This document shows, in pieces, positions 21,748 through 35,106 of a DNA stretch of 64,000 nucleotides; position 1 is the first letter of the stretch; each line of letters begins with the position of its first letter. Made by a program: the position numbers and the translations under genes. A model generated the notes under the pieces. That model was not told the DNA's origin. It did no database searches and saw nothing but the letters and a program-made list of their open reading frames with translations. This DNA comes from Phoronis australis (taxonomy: Eukaryota > Animalia > Phoronida), in the NCBI GenBank assembly GCA_002633005.1, contig NMRA01000258.1:331126-395125 (forward strand), written 5' to 3'.

Positions 21748-24700
21748 ATGACTCGACATTCAAGGAATGCCACTGCTGGTACAAGTTACACTTACCATGA
21801 GAAGAAGAAAGACACGTCCCAGTCTGGCTATGGTTCGAAGTCAGCAAGACTAGGAAAGGACTCTATTAAGGTAAAACTGGACACTGTTTATCATATTGTT
21901 GAGTATTCATTAAAAGACAACCTGGTGACCTGACCTATTGCTTATGTTGTTCTTTGTTAATATCTGCTCTTGAAACTGGAATTACTACTGTAACATCTAA
22001 CCAATTTCGCACAAAATAATTGCTGGCAATGATTGCTCCTTTTTTGATTTTTCAACATCACTCTTCTAACTTTGTTTTGAATGCCCATAATTGTCCAAAA
22101 TATTGCCTGATTATTGCTATTGTCCAGAACTTGAACATGATTTAAGCATATTAATTTGTTGCTACATATCTTTCTTGGAAATTATGAGAAAGTTAAAATT
22201 AGTGAGATTTCACAAACTTCATTTTTGGAGCTTCATGAATGTATTGTAACTGAAGTAATAAATATGGGTTTTATTATGTATGACCAACTGCATTGTTACA
22301 GTGATACTTTTTAGAAAGAGTGGCTGTGGGTCAAATTTGGAGGACCAGTTATAATTGGTATTTTCTGTCGTTTTCGATTTTAATTATTGTGAAGGGCAAT
22401 GTTTTAACGTGTGATTTTGTTTGCTGATTCATTCATTACTTGGCAATTAGTGATTGGTTTAAATGGCAAGCTACGAAATAACCAAAGACACAAATACACA
22501 ATATGTTGGACCCCATATCATTAACATTGTTCTTATGGTCACTTTATTGTCATTGTATTAAAATCTGATTGGAATCCATATTCTTCATGACCAAATAAGG
22601 TTTGGTTGCCGCGCTTTTTTTTGATGTGTTCGTTTGTCTTGAATTAAATTATCCTAATGCGTCAATTAAAATTTTTATTCACCAATGACGTGGGGCATGC
22701 TCCTAAAGCCATCCTTGATATTATAAAAGAAAATTTGGTAAAAGATATCGATGTTTTCAGATCAGCAATTGCCAAAACTAATGACTGTGACAAATCGGTC
22801 TCTGTCTTCTCACTGCTTTGCGCTCATTTAGCAATTATGCATTTTTTGAGCTTTGTGATGTTATTTCAGGATTTTGACTGCTGTTGCCTGACACTACAGC
22901 CATGCAGGAACCCAGTTGTAACGTACGTTATTTTGTGTTAAAAGTGATCAGTAAATTACATTTTGACACTACAGCCATGCAGTAACCAGTTGTAATGTAC
23001 TATTTTGTGTTAAAGGTCATCTGTAAGGTGCATTTTATGCTGATGATCCACGTCCCTGGGTAGATGAGGATCAGAGAAGTGGTGCCCAACAGTTGTTGTT
23101 GTGCTTAGGCCATCGCTGGCTAGACTTCAAGTGAATGGACACATAATCCACTTTCTCGTTCTCGTGGTTTTGAGTCGGGGAGGGGGGGGACAACGCTGTT
23201 CTTTGAGAGGCATATATCTTGGTATTTCTCAACAAAAATATAGTAGTAGTATTAGTAGTAATAGTAGTAATACACTTTATTCACGTTAAGACAAAAATAC
23301 AATTAATACAAATTATGGAGACTTCGTGAAGGACCTGAAGGGTGCGCTGACCACGGAGCCTCATTTCATTTCATTTTTTCATCAAATAACACATCGTAAA
23401 CAACCAGCACTTGTGGAATTGCAGGGAATTTTTTGAAAAATAGGAAAGTGAGAATTTTGGCAGTTATTTACATTAAATTGACAGACAACAGAGCAGTCGT
23501 GAAAGTAACATACACATCAATGAACTGATTGATCATTATGCGTTTGTTGTACAACAACCCAAGACTGTGTTTGATTGTGTGTACTGTACTCACTATGTAC
23601 TCAAATCTCCCTGGCTTCTATCTCTGCTGCTTAGCCTTCCAGTCTCGAAGTCTTATGAACAAGTTTTAACAGAAATGATTGTACTTTGTTTAGTAAGGTG
23701 TGATTTAGGTTTGACTGTCCTTTACTTGTGTTGCAGAAATGATGGGTACCTGTTTGACAAAGAGTCTGTTCTTGAATACATTATCCACCAAAAGAGGGAG
23801 ATAGCTCGCCAACTGAAAGAGTACGAAAAACAGAAGCAGAAAGAAAAGGTGGATCGTAACTCTTGAAATGGTTACCGTTATATATGACATGTGTCAATGA
23901 ATGGAAATGTATTGTTACTCTTTTATTTGAAGTGATTGTATTGGCTGTCTACGTGGCTGTATTGAAGCCCTGTTAACTGAAGCCAGAGCCAACAAACGAT
24001 GTTCTATAAACTTACTCATCACTCATGTGATATTGGTAGCAAGGCACGTCGGTTTCTGTGTTAGCCTTGTTCAGCAGTATGTCTGTCTAAGAAGTCATGC
24101 CATTGTTTTCTGTGGCGACCATTTTGCTTGTACTTGCCGGCTGCATACCAGGAGCAAAATACAACATGATCTGAAAACAGTCACCAAACAGTAATCTCAC
24201 ACTGCTGAGTTTAAAGGAACATCCTGATTTCAGAATGTCCATGGTCGTAAATGGGTTTGAATTATTTTTGGCTAATTGTATTCTAGGAAGAGATGGACGA
24301 GGAGAAGCGACTGAGTCACGAGACGAAAGTGAAGAAGTTTGTGGAGAAAGAGTCTGGACTGATCAAGGCAACATCTGCTGGTGATGCTTTAATGTTGTGT
24401 GACAGGACTTGTTCACGTTGTGTGACAGGACTTGTTCATGTTGTGTGACAGGACTTGTTCATGTTGTGTGACAGGACTTGTTCGTGTTGTGTGACAGGAC
24501 TTGTTCGTGTTGTGTGACAGGACTTGTTCGTGTTGCGTGACAGGACTTGTTCGTGTTGTGTGACAGAACTTGTTAACTCATTCCACCCTGAGCACCATAT
24601 GGAATAAATTGCTTAGTGGCCTGTCTGAGCTGTGGAATGTCTACCCCCTTGAAGTCGGAGGGTATTTCACTCAGAACTAGGTCACAAGCACTGCACACAT

Positions 24701-27700
24701 TTAAAACCTCATCACTCAGTCATTAGTTCATATACTTACCAAATTTTCAGCAATACATCTTGAGTAAATGAGCTTCATGTTGATATAAAATTTATCCAAG
24801 TTCAATATCGATAAAGGGTTGAACAAGTAGTTTTACTTTTTGTTTTCCAGAAACAAAGACGTTTGTTTACAAATAATCCATTTAAATTTCCAGAAAACAT
24901 GCCACAAAAGTTTTCTGTGTAGCATATCCTCATCATAAACTAGATCACTGAAATCTGTATCAAAATCTGACCACTCAGTGCCATCAGTATCCACACTATC
25001 ATATCCATGATCAATGAAATCTATATCTAAATGTGACCAGTGGCATCAGTATCCACACTATCCTCCATAATAAAAACTTCAAGAACTGTGAGAGAGCAGC
25101 AGAGATGATGTCGTATAATATCAAGGCAGCAATTTCAAGTGAGTGTGTGCACAGTGCTAGTCACAGAGTAGAATGTTCCTAGTAATTGAACATTTTGTTA
25201 TTGTTTCTGGTCAGTTCAAATAAAATAAACAGGAGCACCCTAGCAGATGATTAAGTGGTGACAGCAGTGTTATGTAACACCAATTAGGCTACAATTCAGG
25301 ACAATTAGCTTAATTAGCTTCAAATCAAACAAACATACTATATTTCAGGGAGGAATATCTCTATAACCTTTCAAAAGTTACCACAACAACCACTGCAAAG
25401 TTAACACACTTCCTGGTTTTCCCTTGAATTGATAATTTGCTTGTGAAGAAATGGTTCTAAATTCCAGAAATAACAGCCAATAGGCATAAACTTCATAACA
25501 AGAAGTTAACACAGAGTATGGTGTCTAAATCCTCATTGGATAGAAAACTGGGAATACCCTACTAGATATATTTAAACTTAAACCAATAAATTGCTGCCTT
25601 CTATCCCTCCTGAAGGCGTGATCCGCCTGTGAGATACATTGTTTAGATAACGCCTCCAGACGGCATCTGGCCCTGAGTGAAAATAAACAGTCACGCCATA
25701 AGTCGGGATCAGGGAGGAATGAGTTAATGTTGTGTGGCAGGACTTGTTAATTTTTTGAAGACTCTTTCACTCAACTAGTTTTTGTAAAAAAGCATTTAGT
25801 TTATGGTGACAGTGAAAATCGTGAACACATACTCAAGTTGTCTTAAAGTTCTTTAATTGATAGTTTTACTTTTATTAATAAGATTATGTAGGGCACTGGG
25901 AAGATGTCCAGTTTTTGCCAACTTGGGAACATCGTGTCTTAGAAATGGCTGGTCAGAGTCTCATGAAACTTTCAGGTTCTATGCTTCGTGCAATTTTTTT
26001 CAAAAAGTGTTTGAATTGGTTTTAAAAGTTTCCCACTTATGACAGCGTGAGGGGCTATTAAAAATAGGACTTTTATGATTTTTATGAAAAAAAATCAAAA
26101 GTTGCATAAAACAAAATTATAATTTAAAAAACAGTAACAGCGTTTATGCACTTTTATCTCGTACATTTATATTGAATAAAATTTAGTTGACATGTTATTG
26201 ACATTGTTTTGCTATGGGTGGACCTCCTGTCTTTTTTGCTAATTTTTACTAAAAAGACATGTTCAGGTGACCCAGTTACTAGCAGATTGGTATATAAAAA
26301 TAAATTTACAGACTTCCTACTTTCAGAAAATATACATTTGTACGGAGTCATTATCTATTAGTTTTGTAAGTATTTGGTTAAATACATGGACAAGTGGATA
26401 AAGTCCTACTCAACCTTAACCAGCTTTTGCAAATAAAATTTGGTGAAAATTGTTCATGCATACTCAACTTGCCTTAATTGTCTTTAATTGATAATTGCGC
26501 TTAAGGCGGTAAGATTACATAAATCTCATAAGTTTCTGGTTAAAGTCTGTTGGTACATTTCAGATGTCACTTCCAATTCCGATGGTACATCTGTGTCCAA
26601 CATGGCCGCCGGCAAGGACAAACAACTACCCAGCTTTTGGTTACCGTCACAGATGCCGCATGCCAAAGAGAGTCTGGTGAAGAAACCAGTAAGTACAGAG
26701 AGGCTGGGACTAGATGTTGAAGTATGAAGTGTATTATTTTGTTGATGGAGAAATGAATGAGTCGTCTGACATTCGTTTAGAGGGTGAGTCCAGGAGAATT
26801 TGGAGTGACTTTACCACGAGATTGTCATGCTCCTAACTATGCTAAGGTTTAAACAGAAACTGCATGGTAATGCTTTCCTAACATAATTATCCTTCACTGA
26901 CCAATCTGCAATTGAATGCATACGTTATTTCAATATGGAAACAGAAAATTTTGTGAACAGATTACCTTTTAGTTTGGACTAATGATATAGCTCACAGGAA
27001 CATATATAACCAACTTCATGTTGTGTTATTCCCAAACACCAGGTCGCACTACTTACTGGACTTTGATTGGTCATTAGTTCTCAAAATGATTTAGGAACTT
27101 GTATGCCACTTTTCATTCATTCATTTCCAACTGGCTTAGTTATATTGTTGCAAAAAAACTTGCATGCTGATTCCACTTTAAGTACTTGCACATTTATCAT
27201 AACTTTGTACAAGATAGTTGTATATTCTGCATGGAATATTTTTGTGGTGAAAATAAGAAAGGACTTAACAAATTTTTACTTCAGGATGAAAAAGTCCGTT
27301 GTCCTATGAGTGGCAAGCCTCTTAAATTGAAGGATCTCGTGCCAGTGAAATTTACACACATTAAAGATGGAGACAGCAAAACATCACTTATCGCTAAAAC
27401 TGTGAGTGGTAGTTTGCATATCCTGACAAGTACATGAATGTTGTCATTTAATGCTCGTTTTCATGTTAGAAGGATACTAAACTGCGTATTTTTACCAGCA
27501 TTAATTTTACAAGTTATGCTTGAAAAGCTTACTTAAGGTAGATTTAAACAGTCATGCCTTCCTAATAGTTTCATGTCGCTATTTTCAAATTGCGGCAGAA
27601 ATTCTCAAAGCCAAAGCTTTAGTAATTCCTGGAGATTTATCAAAGTTTTGATGAATTTGTTCCTACTTCTAAAATATGTCATTGAATTTTTTACGCAAAA

Positions 27701-30700
27701 TGTATCATTTTCATTACACCATATCTTATATGTCAATTGTCATTTTGTGTTTGATTTTACTTTATTTCTGTTTTTGTTGATAAAGGAAGTTGTTACATCC
27801 GAAAATTTCAAATTTCAGTTGATCCATTATTGTTGTTTTATTTACCGATTTATATTCTTCATTTCATGAAACAATAGTATCCTTGGGAGGATCTCGATCG
27901 CCTTATTTAGTTTCAGATATATTTTCTACGTTATTCCTACATCTGAAATGTTGATGAGGCTGACAGCATTATTCGGTTGCTATTAGTTACTATGTTACAA
28001 CAATCATTTGTGTTTGAGTTTTTCTAAAACACATTGATGTGCATTTTCAACCAGTGCAAGCTAAGGTTTAATTTAATCAAGCTAAGAGGCAAAATATCCC
28101 TTGTTTTACCAACATCGCTTGTTGGCTTTGAAACAACTATTTGTTCCAAGTTTGTTTAACTTGTTAAACTTGTGAAAAGCTTTGAATTTAACCTCTTGGT
28201 TTTGTTTCTAGGTTAAGAAGTTAATAGTCAAAATCTGCTTGTTACATTTAAATTTAAGTTCTAATCCAACATGCACAGACTGAAATCAACAAATGTTTTT
28301 CTCTGCAATAACGTTGACTGTTTGTTCTAGGCACGCTATGTCTGTCCTGTCACTAATGATGTTTTGGGTAACTCTGTACCTTGTGCTGTCTTGAGGACAT
28401 CGTAAGTATATAGTCTTGTTCCATTCCGTATCCGAGCAGGGTAACATCCAACCAGAATTTTGTAAATTAAATTTTTAAATGCCTAATTTATTTATGCGCC
28501 ACATATTTATATGTGGACGCATTATGCCATCATTTCCACCGGTGCGGTGTCCGCTGCTCTATCTCCAAAACCTTTTGACATATGTTCATGAAATTTTGCA
28601 CTTGTGTTCCTTTCATGAATGGGACAGCGTGACCGAACTTTCGGACGGATCTGACTACCGGTGTACCCCCATAGTGGCAATTTTAGATTTTTACGCTTAT
28701 CTCTGTATCTTCAAAGGTCCTCAACGTATTTTCATACAATTTGGCGTATGGGCTTCTCTTAGTAAGATGATGCTATCCTTTCATTTTTGAATGGATTTGA
28801 CATAGTTTGCGCTTCCAAGTGGCCATTTTTACTGTTTTCAAGCCTGTTTTTTGGCATCCACCTCTTTATGAACCAAATCACTCTAAGGATGGTTGTGAAA
28901 ATTGGCATGTGTGTTCTTACTATGAAGAGGACGGCTCGTGATGATTTTCCAACGACTTCGACTAGTGTGGCGGCTCCTAGTAGCAGTTTTGTTTTTTTGC
29001 GTCCATGGCTGTATCTCCTAAACCATTTGCAGGATCTTTACTAAGTTTAGCAAGTTTATTTCTTGACACCAAACGACCTTAGTTTTTTACACCTACCTTA
29101 GTCTGTATCTTCAAAACGGTCTTTAATGGATTTTCATAAAATTTGGAATATAGGCATCTATTAGTGAGATGACGCTATCCTCTCATTTTCGGATGGAATC
29201 AAGATATTTTGCACCACCTAGTGGCCATTTTTGCCGTTTTTGAGTCCACTCTCTATCAACCAAACCATTCTAAGGATGATTTTGAAAATTGGCGTATATG
29301 TTGTCAGTGTGAAGAGGATGGCTGACGATGACGATTTTGACTACAGTGGCGCCTCCTAATGGTAGTTTTGTTTTGCGTCCACAGCTGTATCTCCTAAACC
29401 CACTGCAGAATCGTTATTAAATTTAATAAGTGTATTTTTTGAAGCTAGCAATAGACAACAACAACTTTTGGGCGTATCCAACGAACGCTGTGCCCCCTAG
29501 TGGCAATTTCATTTTTTTTTTCTGTTTTCTTTCGCTTCTCTGAAGTTCCTTGACAGCTTTTTATGAAATTTGGTAAATATCTTTCTATTAAAGAAGCGAT
29601 GGCATGTCTCTGTTTTGGATGGATTGGACAGTTTTGCAATGTCTAGTGGCCATTTTTATGATACAAATAAATAATCCTAGAAGCACCCCGTTTGCAGTGC
29701 ATTCGTGGGCGCATTTCAACGCTCTGCGTTGCTCTTGTTAAATGAGATTGGATTCATAGCATTTCTTGATTTTAAGTTTCTCAATTTCAATTATGTGGCT
29801 GTATGTGAACATTGTACTGTGATGTTGGTTGTATTTCCAAATTTTATTTAATTTTTTGATTTTTCAAAAATAGCTTTACAGTATGTTAAACAATTTGAAA
29901 TAGCTCTCACTTTAATGTGCCCCCATCCCCTGTGCCCCTTAAGGGCTCTTAGTATTTTGGTTGTTTCTGGCATCCCTCTCTCTATCTGCAGAATGGTTTC
30001 ATTCATTAAGAACTTTTAGGAATGTGTCTCCGTTGGTGGAAACATGGCTGGCATTAATGTTTTGACAGTTTTGTCTGCTGCTCTGCTTCCAATTGGCAGT
30101 TATAAATTTTGCACGTAGCTCAATATCTACCAAATTTGATGGAGGGTCTTCATGAAATGTGGTAGATAAGATTTGACCGATTGCCTATTTTCGGATGATT
30201 AGCACTGCCCCCTGTAGACTCAGTTTTAGAATGACTAGCATTGCTGAAGTTTTATCTTCTTCGTAGTGGAAGTGTTGTCACCATGGAGTGCGTTGACAAA
30301 CTAATAAAGAAAGATATGTTAGACCCCATCAACGGGCAGAAGATGACTGAGAAGGACATTATACCACTGCAGAGAGTAAGGGTTTGTGTGCATGTGGTGA
30401 TCTGCAGACTAACCTTGGTTCACTCTTTTTTGTTCATGTGCCTAATATCTTCTTTTAGTGTAAAAATGCATTGTTTTTGGGATTATATTGTAATGGGGCC
30501 ATGTTGTTGTATGCTCATGATATCTTGTTGTTAACTTTTGTTGGCCTTTTTATGGCTAAAATGTGAAGTAATCGACACAGTAAATTGTGAGAAACTTTTA
30601 ACTGGTCTGAAATTTTTAACCATCTACTAATGATGAGCAAGTCCATAATTAACCATGAATCTCAAACATAACAGTTTTTGTGCCAAAAAAGATTACAAAT

Positions 30701-30823
30701 TAAATTTTCAAAATATCAACTCTTTGTTGTTAAGTTACACTATGTTTCTAGGGCGCTACTGGTTTTGCTGGGTCAGGACTCAAGCTGGATGCAAAGAAAC
30801 ACGGTCCTGCTATGATGTCATAA
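21748..30823 (+). CDS. NOSIP: Nitric oxide synthase-interacting protein (split U-box/RING E3-like), 9 coding exons, 291 aa
   Basis: Exons 21748-21870, 22870-22922, 23737-23848, 24287-24380, 26564-26688, 27285-27401, 28331-28401, 30267-30375, 30752-30823; all GT-AG and phase-consistent (876 nt). Motifs MTRHSRN, RLGKDSIKDFDCCCLTLQPC, LPSFW, CPMSGKPL, RYVCPVT, LQRGATGFA. Confidence 0.96.
24392..24576. repeat. 23-bp minisatellite (8 units, plus a ninth at 25727-25749)
   Basis: (A/G)(T/C)GTTGTGTGACAGGACTTGTTC repeated, beginning about 12 bp after a NOSIP donor. Confidence 0.95.
24577..25723. mobile_element. Non-autonomous piggyBac-like element, 1147 bp
   Basis: TTAA on both sides (24573-24576, 25724-25727) and TIR CTCATTCC(A/T)CCCTGA matching 14/15. 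The minisatellite resumes after it. Confidence 0.85.
28491..29739. mobile_element. Helentron-associated (HINE/DINE-like) non-autonomous element
   Basis: Subterminal IRs ATGCGCCAC / GTGGGCGCAT, 5' hairpin CACATAT-TT-ATATGTG, 3' hairpin CAACGC-TCT-GCGTTG then CTCTTGTT, and internal ~400-bp diverged tandem blocks. Confidence 0.55.
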
Positions 30824-31130
30824 CATGAAACACAGTCCTGTTGTGATGTCATAACAAGAAACGTGGTCTTGCCATGATGTCATAACAAGAAACACAGTCC
30901 TGTTGTGATGTCAACAAGAAACACTGCGCTGCATTGATGTCATAGCAAGAAACGTGGTCCTGCTCTGATGCCATAACATGAAACACAGTCCTGTTGTGAT
31001 GTCATAACAAGAAACGTGGTCTTGCCATGATGTCATAACAAGAAACACAGTCCTGTTGTGATGTCAACAAGAAACACTGCCCTGCAGTGATGTCATAGCA
31101 AGAAACGTGGTCCTGCTCTGATGCCATAAC
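30794..31130 (+). repeat. 31-bp tandem array (11 units) with a 153-bp higher-order repeat, derived from the NOSIP C-terminal codons
   Basis: Unit 1 AAGAAACACGGTCCTGCTATGATGTCATAAC contains the stop. Units 2-6 (30825-30977) recur as units 7-11 (30978-31130). Confidence 0.95.
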
Positions 31131-33952
31131 AAGGAACAATAATTGACCTTCAGCCATCAAGAAGTTATGTATCTTTCATCTCAAGTGTTTTCAATGCAAG
31201 TTTTGCCAGACAAGCCCAACATCAAGGTCATGATGTTCAATTGGAGACTGATGTGAAATTATGCATTTGACAAGAGATGACTAATTCCTCATTCCTCCAG
31301 CAGATGTCAGACGAGCATACCAAACTGGGACGAACACACCTAAGGCTTCTTTGTTGTCACTGAGCACACACCTACAGGAAAGTTCATAGTGTTCCAGTTA
31401 AAACATGAAAGTTTTGTAAAGGTCTGTGGAATGTTAATTTCTCTAGAAACAGACGTTGGCCCAGGCTGTGACACGTGACAGACACAAGGGAACTTGGTCG
31501 TTTCCACTTTACCAGTGTAAAGTTGCTGAGTATGAAGTGGTGGGACCCCTTTGAGATTTGTACTGTAGAGGCATAACTGAAGTCTCACTATGGATCTGTG
31601 AAGTGCAGGAAGATAGACAGATATGACAGTAAGCATGCCAAAGTTGTGACAATGCTGCAGGTTCTTTTGAAGTTTAAGTCAATACTTTTGACGTATGGAC
31701 ATTTCAAGTCACACTGTCAACAAGATATCTGTCCAACACGGTCCAAGCTACACTTCTTAGAATCTTTTGTTCTAATGAGAATGCTTTTAAAGCCCATGCA
31801 TTGCCGTATTTGAAAATCATCGGTTTGTTTCATTTTTTAGTTGCATTCCAATTACACTCTATGACAGCATGTATTGAACGAAGTTGAGGGATTTCTTTAA
31901 CAGGAAGATTTGTGTCTGCTAACTTTTGTTAAGCAAAAAATTCTGAACCTTAGAAAAATTTTTATTTGCTGTACAAAGACACTTAGCGTCAACAAAAGCT
32001 CAGTGAATAGAACCCCATTCAAGTTGAGTGGACATGTCCTTCGATGATACTCATTTATACCTGAAGTGCGAATTGTAAACAAGGTAACTCTACCACATGT
32101 CTCACCTGTCCATACCATGACAAGAAATGGTTTCCATTCCCAAATGGAATATTCAGGGCATTGCCCGGTTTAAAGATTGTCAAAATGTCATCAATTTTGA
32201 CATAGTTGGCCCACTCTTTCATAATTAAACTGGTCTCTCTATTCCTTTAGAAATCAATTGTTATGACCAGAACATTTTTAGATTTATTTTGTTTGCCCGT
32301 TTCATGATTTTCATTTGTAAACACAAAGTAAATATGACTTGAAGGCATTTCTGGTCAATCTGGCATGTTTCACTCAACTCTGAAAGGTATTTTGAATCAC
32401 TTTAGTAAATTTTTATGAAAGCAAAATTAACGACGCGATACTTTCAAATCGGAGAAAGTCCCACTATGCACGGTATTGTGTAATCAATTGAGTTACCGTT
32501 TGTTTTATTGCCAGTCTCCTGCATCATAGTGTCAAATACCAAGTTATATATACAGCTTACTCAGTCCGTTATGTCCATTGCAGTGACCAGAAATTCCTTT
32601 AAGACAATATGCCTCTAACATTACCTTTTGGCCAGTCTGCCCAGCAGTGGAGTGAGCCAGATTATTATGCATCTTGGGCCTTCTGTTACTTCTATTAAAA
32701 AGTGAAAGACATGTTAAGTATTAAGTTGTTCATGATTGTTGGGCCTCCTATGTCACTTTCTTATTGTTACATGTGGAGTTAATAAAGGTCAGATGAACAG
32801 TAATTAATTTGAACTGCATGCCATTACGTATGTTTCTAAGATAACAAGGATTTGTATTCGTATTAAAGAAACCCAAAAATATGGCTTTCAGGATGCAGTA
32901 TTCCAGTCCTTTTGTTTGCAGTGAAAAGAACAACAAAATAAAGAAGTTATATATTTATTTAACAACCTTAAATCCATGAACATTGAATACCAATACATAA
33001 CAATGAAGTTACTGTAAAGACATGATAAGCAATACAGATTTGTATCTTTCCTGTGAAGCCCAATTCACAGTTACTGTAAAACTGTGGAACTGCAAGTAAC
33101 TGAGTTATTATAAAAATAATCTTCAATAAGTTAGCACAGTCCAAAAGAATTTTGTAGTGATACCAAAACCAGATTTTGACCAACAAATATTAAAAATGGC
33201 TCCCATCCAATTCTGTGATATAGAAAATGCTCTCTAATAATAACAAACTGGAACCACAGTCGTCTACAAACTAACCCATTTCACATTTTTAGATGATTTC
33301 AGTAACAAGTTTAACAAAACAGTTGTGCACCTCAAATGCCTTTGACTTTGAAACAATACTTAAGGAAAAACAACAACACGAAACTAACAAAAAAATTCCG
33401 TTCACAAGACCTTTCACAATAACCTCTAACAACTAAAAGTGAAGGACTTCCAGAACATTTTGTCAAAATGAGTTGAGTCTTGGAAACTAGGAGCATCTCA
33501 ACAGGATCAAACATGACAACTGTAAGTAATGTGAACGCAAAAATAGAATACAACAAATCTGGAAGCCCCATGGCCACCATCTGGTGACCTTTCACCTTGC
33601 CTACAGCTGATAATCATTACACCACAAAAGCAGAGATTATATTGAAGGCAGAACTTTTTCACACAATTCTGCTATATTTATGTACATCGTCTTTTGTTGA
33701 GAGATTGTACATTGTTGTGAGCACAGGAGAGCTTGATACAGAAATTGCGTAGAAGACAATGGTGACTCTCAAATGCTTTCAATGAATCGTGTTTTCAGTG
33801 ATTTATCAATCATATGGATGTTACTGACATGCATGGTACAATAAAACCATCTTGGTTATACAACCTCAGTTCAAACAAACAGTTTATAACCAACCAAGAC
33901 AACTTCAAAGATGGATTCTTAAACAAGGTGGTGTCAGATTTATGTTGTCTGA

Positions 33953-34025
33953 AAGGTTGTGTTCCTGCAGCTCTGGCGAGTTCACTCAAGGTTGTGTTCC
34001 TGCAGCTCTGGCGAGTTCACTCAAG
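33953..34025. repeat. 35-bp perfect tandem duplication
   Basis: AAGGTTGTGTTCCTGCAGCTCTGGCGAGTTCACTC twice. Confidence 0.9.
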
Positions 34026-34240
34026 CACTGACTCGAGTGAAAAGGTGTTTCACGAGTAAACTTGCAACTTTTAAGTACAGACTAGTAAAATGGCGACCAT
34101 TAAAAGTGACTGGACAGCCAAGTGTGAAAATTAATTATGAGCCAAAATTCACCGTTTCTTTTCTATAACACAATATTTGTTGTGGCCTGCCTGAGTCTCA
34201 CAGCTCGGGTCTACGTCTTGAAGTGAGTTTAGTGGCAATA

Positions 34241-34335
34241 GTCTGATATAACATACCGGCATTTTGAGAACCAGTTTGATGCCCGTTATTTAGCGGGGAA
34301 ACTGGTTCTCAAAATTCGGGCACGTTACATCAGAC
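34241..34335. repeat. Fold-back palindrome (probable small MITE)
   Basis: ~37-bp arms with a perfect core ATTTTGAGAACCAGTTT / AAACTGGTTCTCAAAAT. Confidence 0.8.
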
Positions 34336-35106
34336 CACTACCAGTTTAGTTGCACCTTCTTTGTGAAACTGGGTGCTCATATTGTTCTTTAATTTAGTTT
34401 TTTAGTTCGGATTGGAGAATATTTGTAAAATATTGGCCAACAAACAATGCTTCCCATTTCTGAACATTTTCCAAAAACAGACAATTCATCTATAATTTCT
34501 AATTACGGAGTACAAAGGATGATCAACTTAAAACAAAAATCCTCGGGTTGTCCTGAGGTTAAATCTGTTGTTGCCAATCAATGAACACCAAAGCACACAG
34601 AACAAGTTCACACCACAATTTGGCCTTGTGGACCCCCTCGCACGTATTTTTATGCTTCTTAAAAAACAATTTAAAATGAATTAAAATCCATCTTTAGATT
34701 AGTATTATTAGGTACATGTATGAACACGTGTTACTGCTTCAGATGTTTTAACACAAAAATTATGCCTCTGAGCTCCATTGCGGACATGGTATGAGCTCTG
34801 CACATCATGTCTTGCATCCATGGATTAGTTATACACAGCACCGTGCAAGATGTAGACAAGCTTGGTAACAGAACCACTTTAAAATAACTGGTGTTTAACA
34901 GCAATATTAAGGACTCCTGAAGATTAAATGTTGCGTTGTTTGCATATTTCAGAGCTCATATTATTTCATCCAACACATGAAAAGAAAAAAATTAAAGAAA
35001 ACTCCCAACTAAAACATGAACAATAGCCATACTACAAGTGCATTCTATGTTGACTTGTGCGCAAAACATGGGTTTACAGACATTGATTTTGCAATCTAAC
35101 AAATGA

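Noticed and set aside
24392-24576. CRISPR-like array
   Set aside because: Simple head-to-tail 23-bp minisatellite without spacers.
30794-31130. CRISPR-like array
   Set aside because: The units are contiguous with no unique spacers, derive from the NOSIP coding end, and there are no cas genes in this eukaryotic context.
31200-35100. Short ORFs between NOSIP and DUF547
   Set aside because: No motifs or splice-consistent structure; the composition fits 3' UTR or intergenic DNA.
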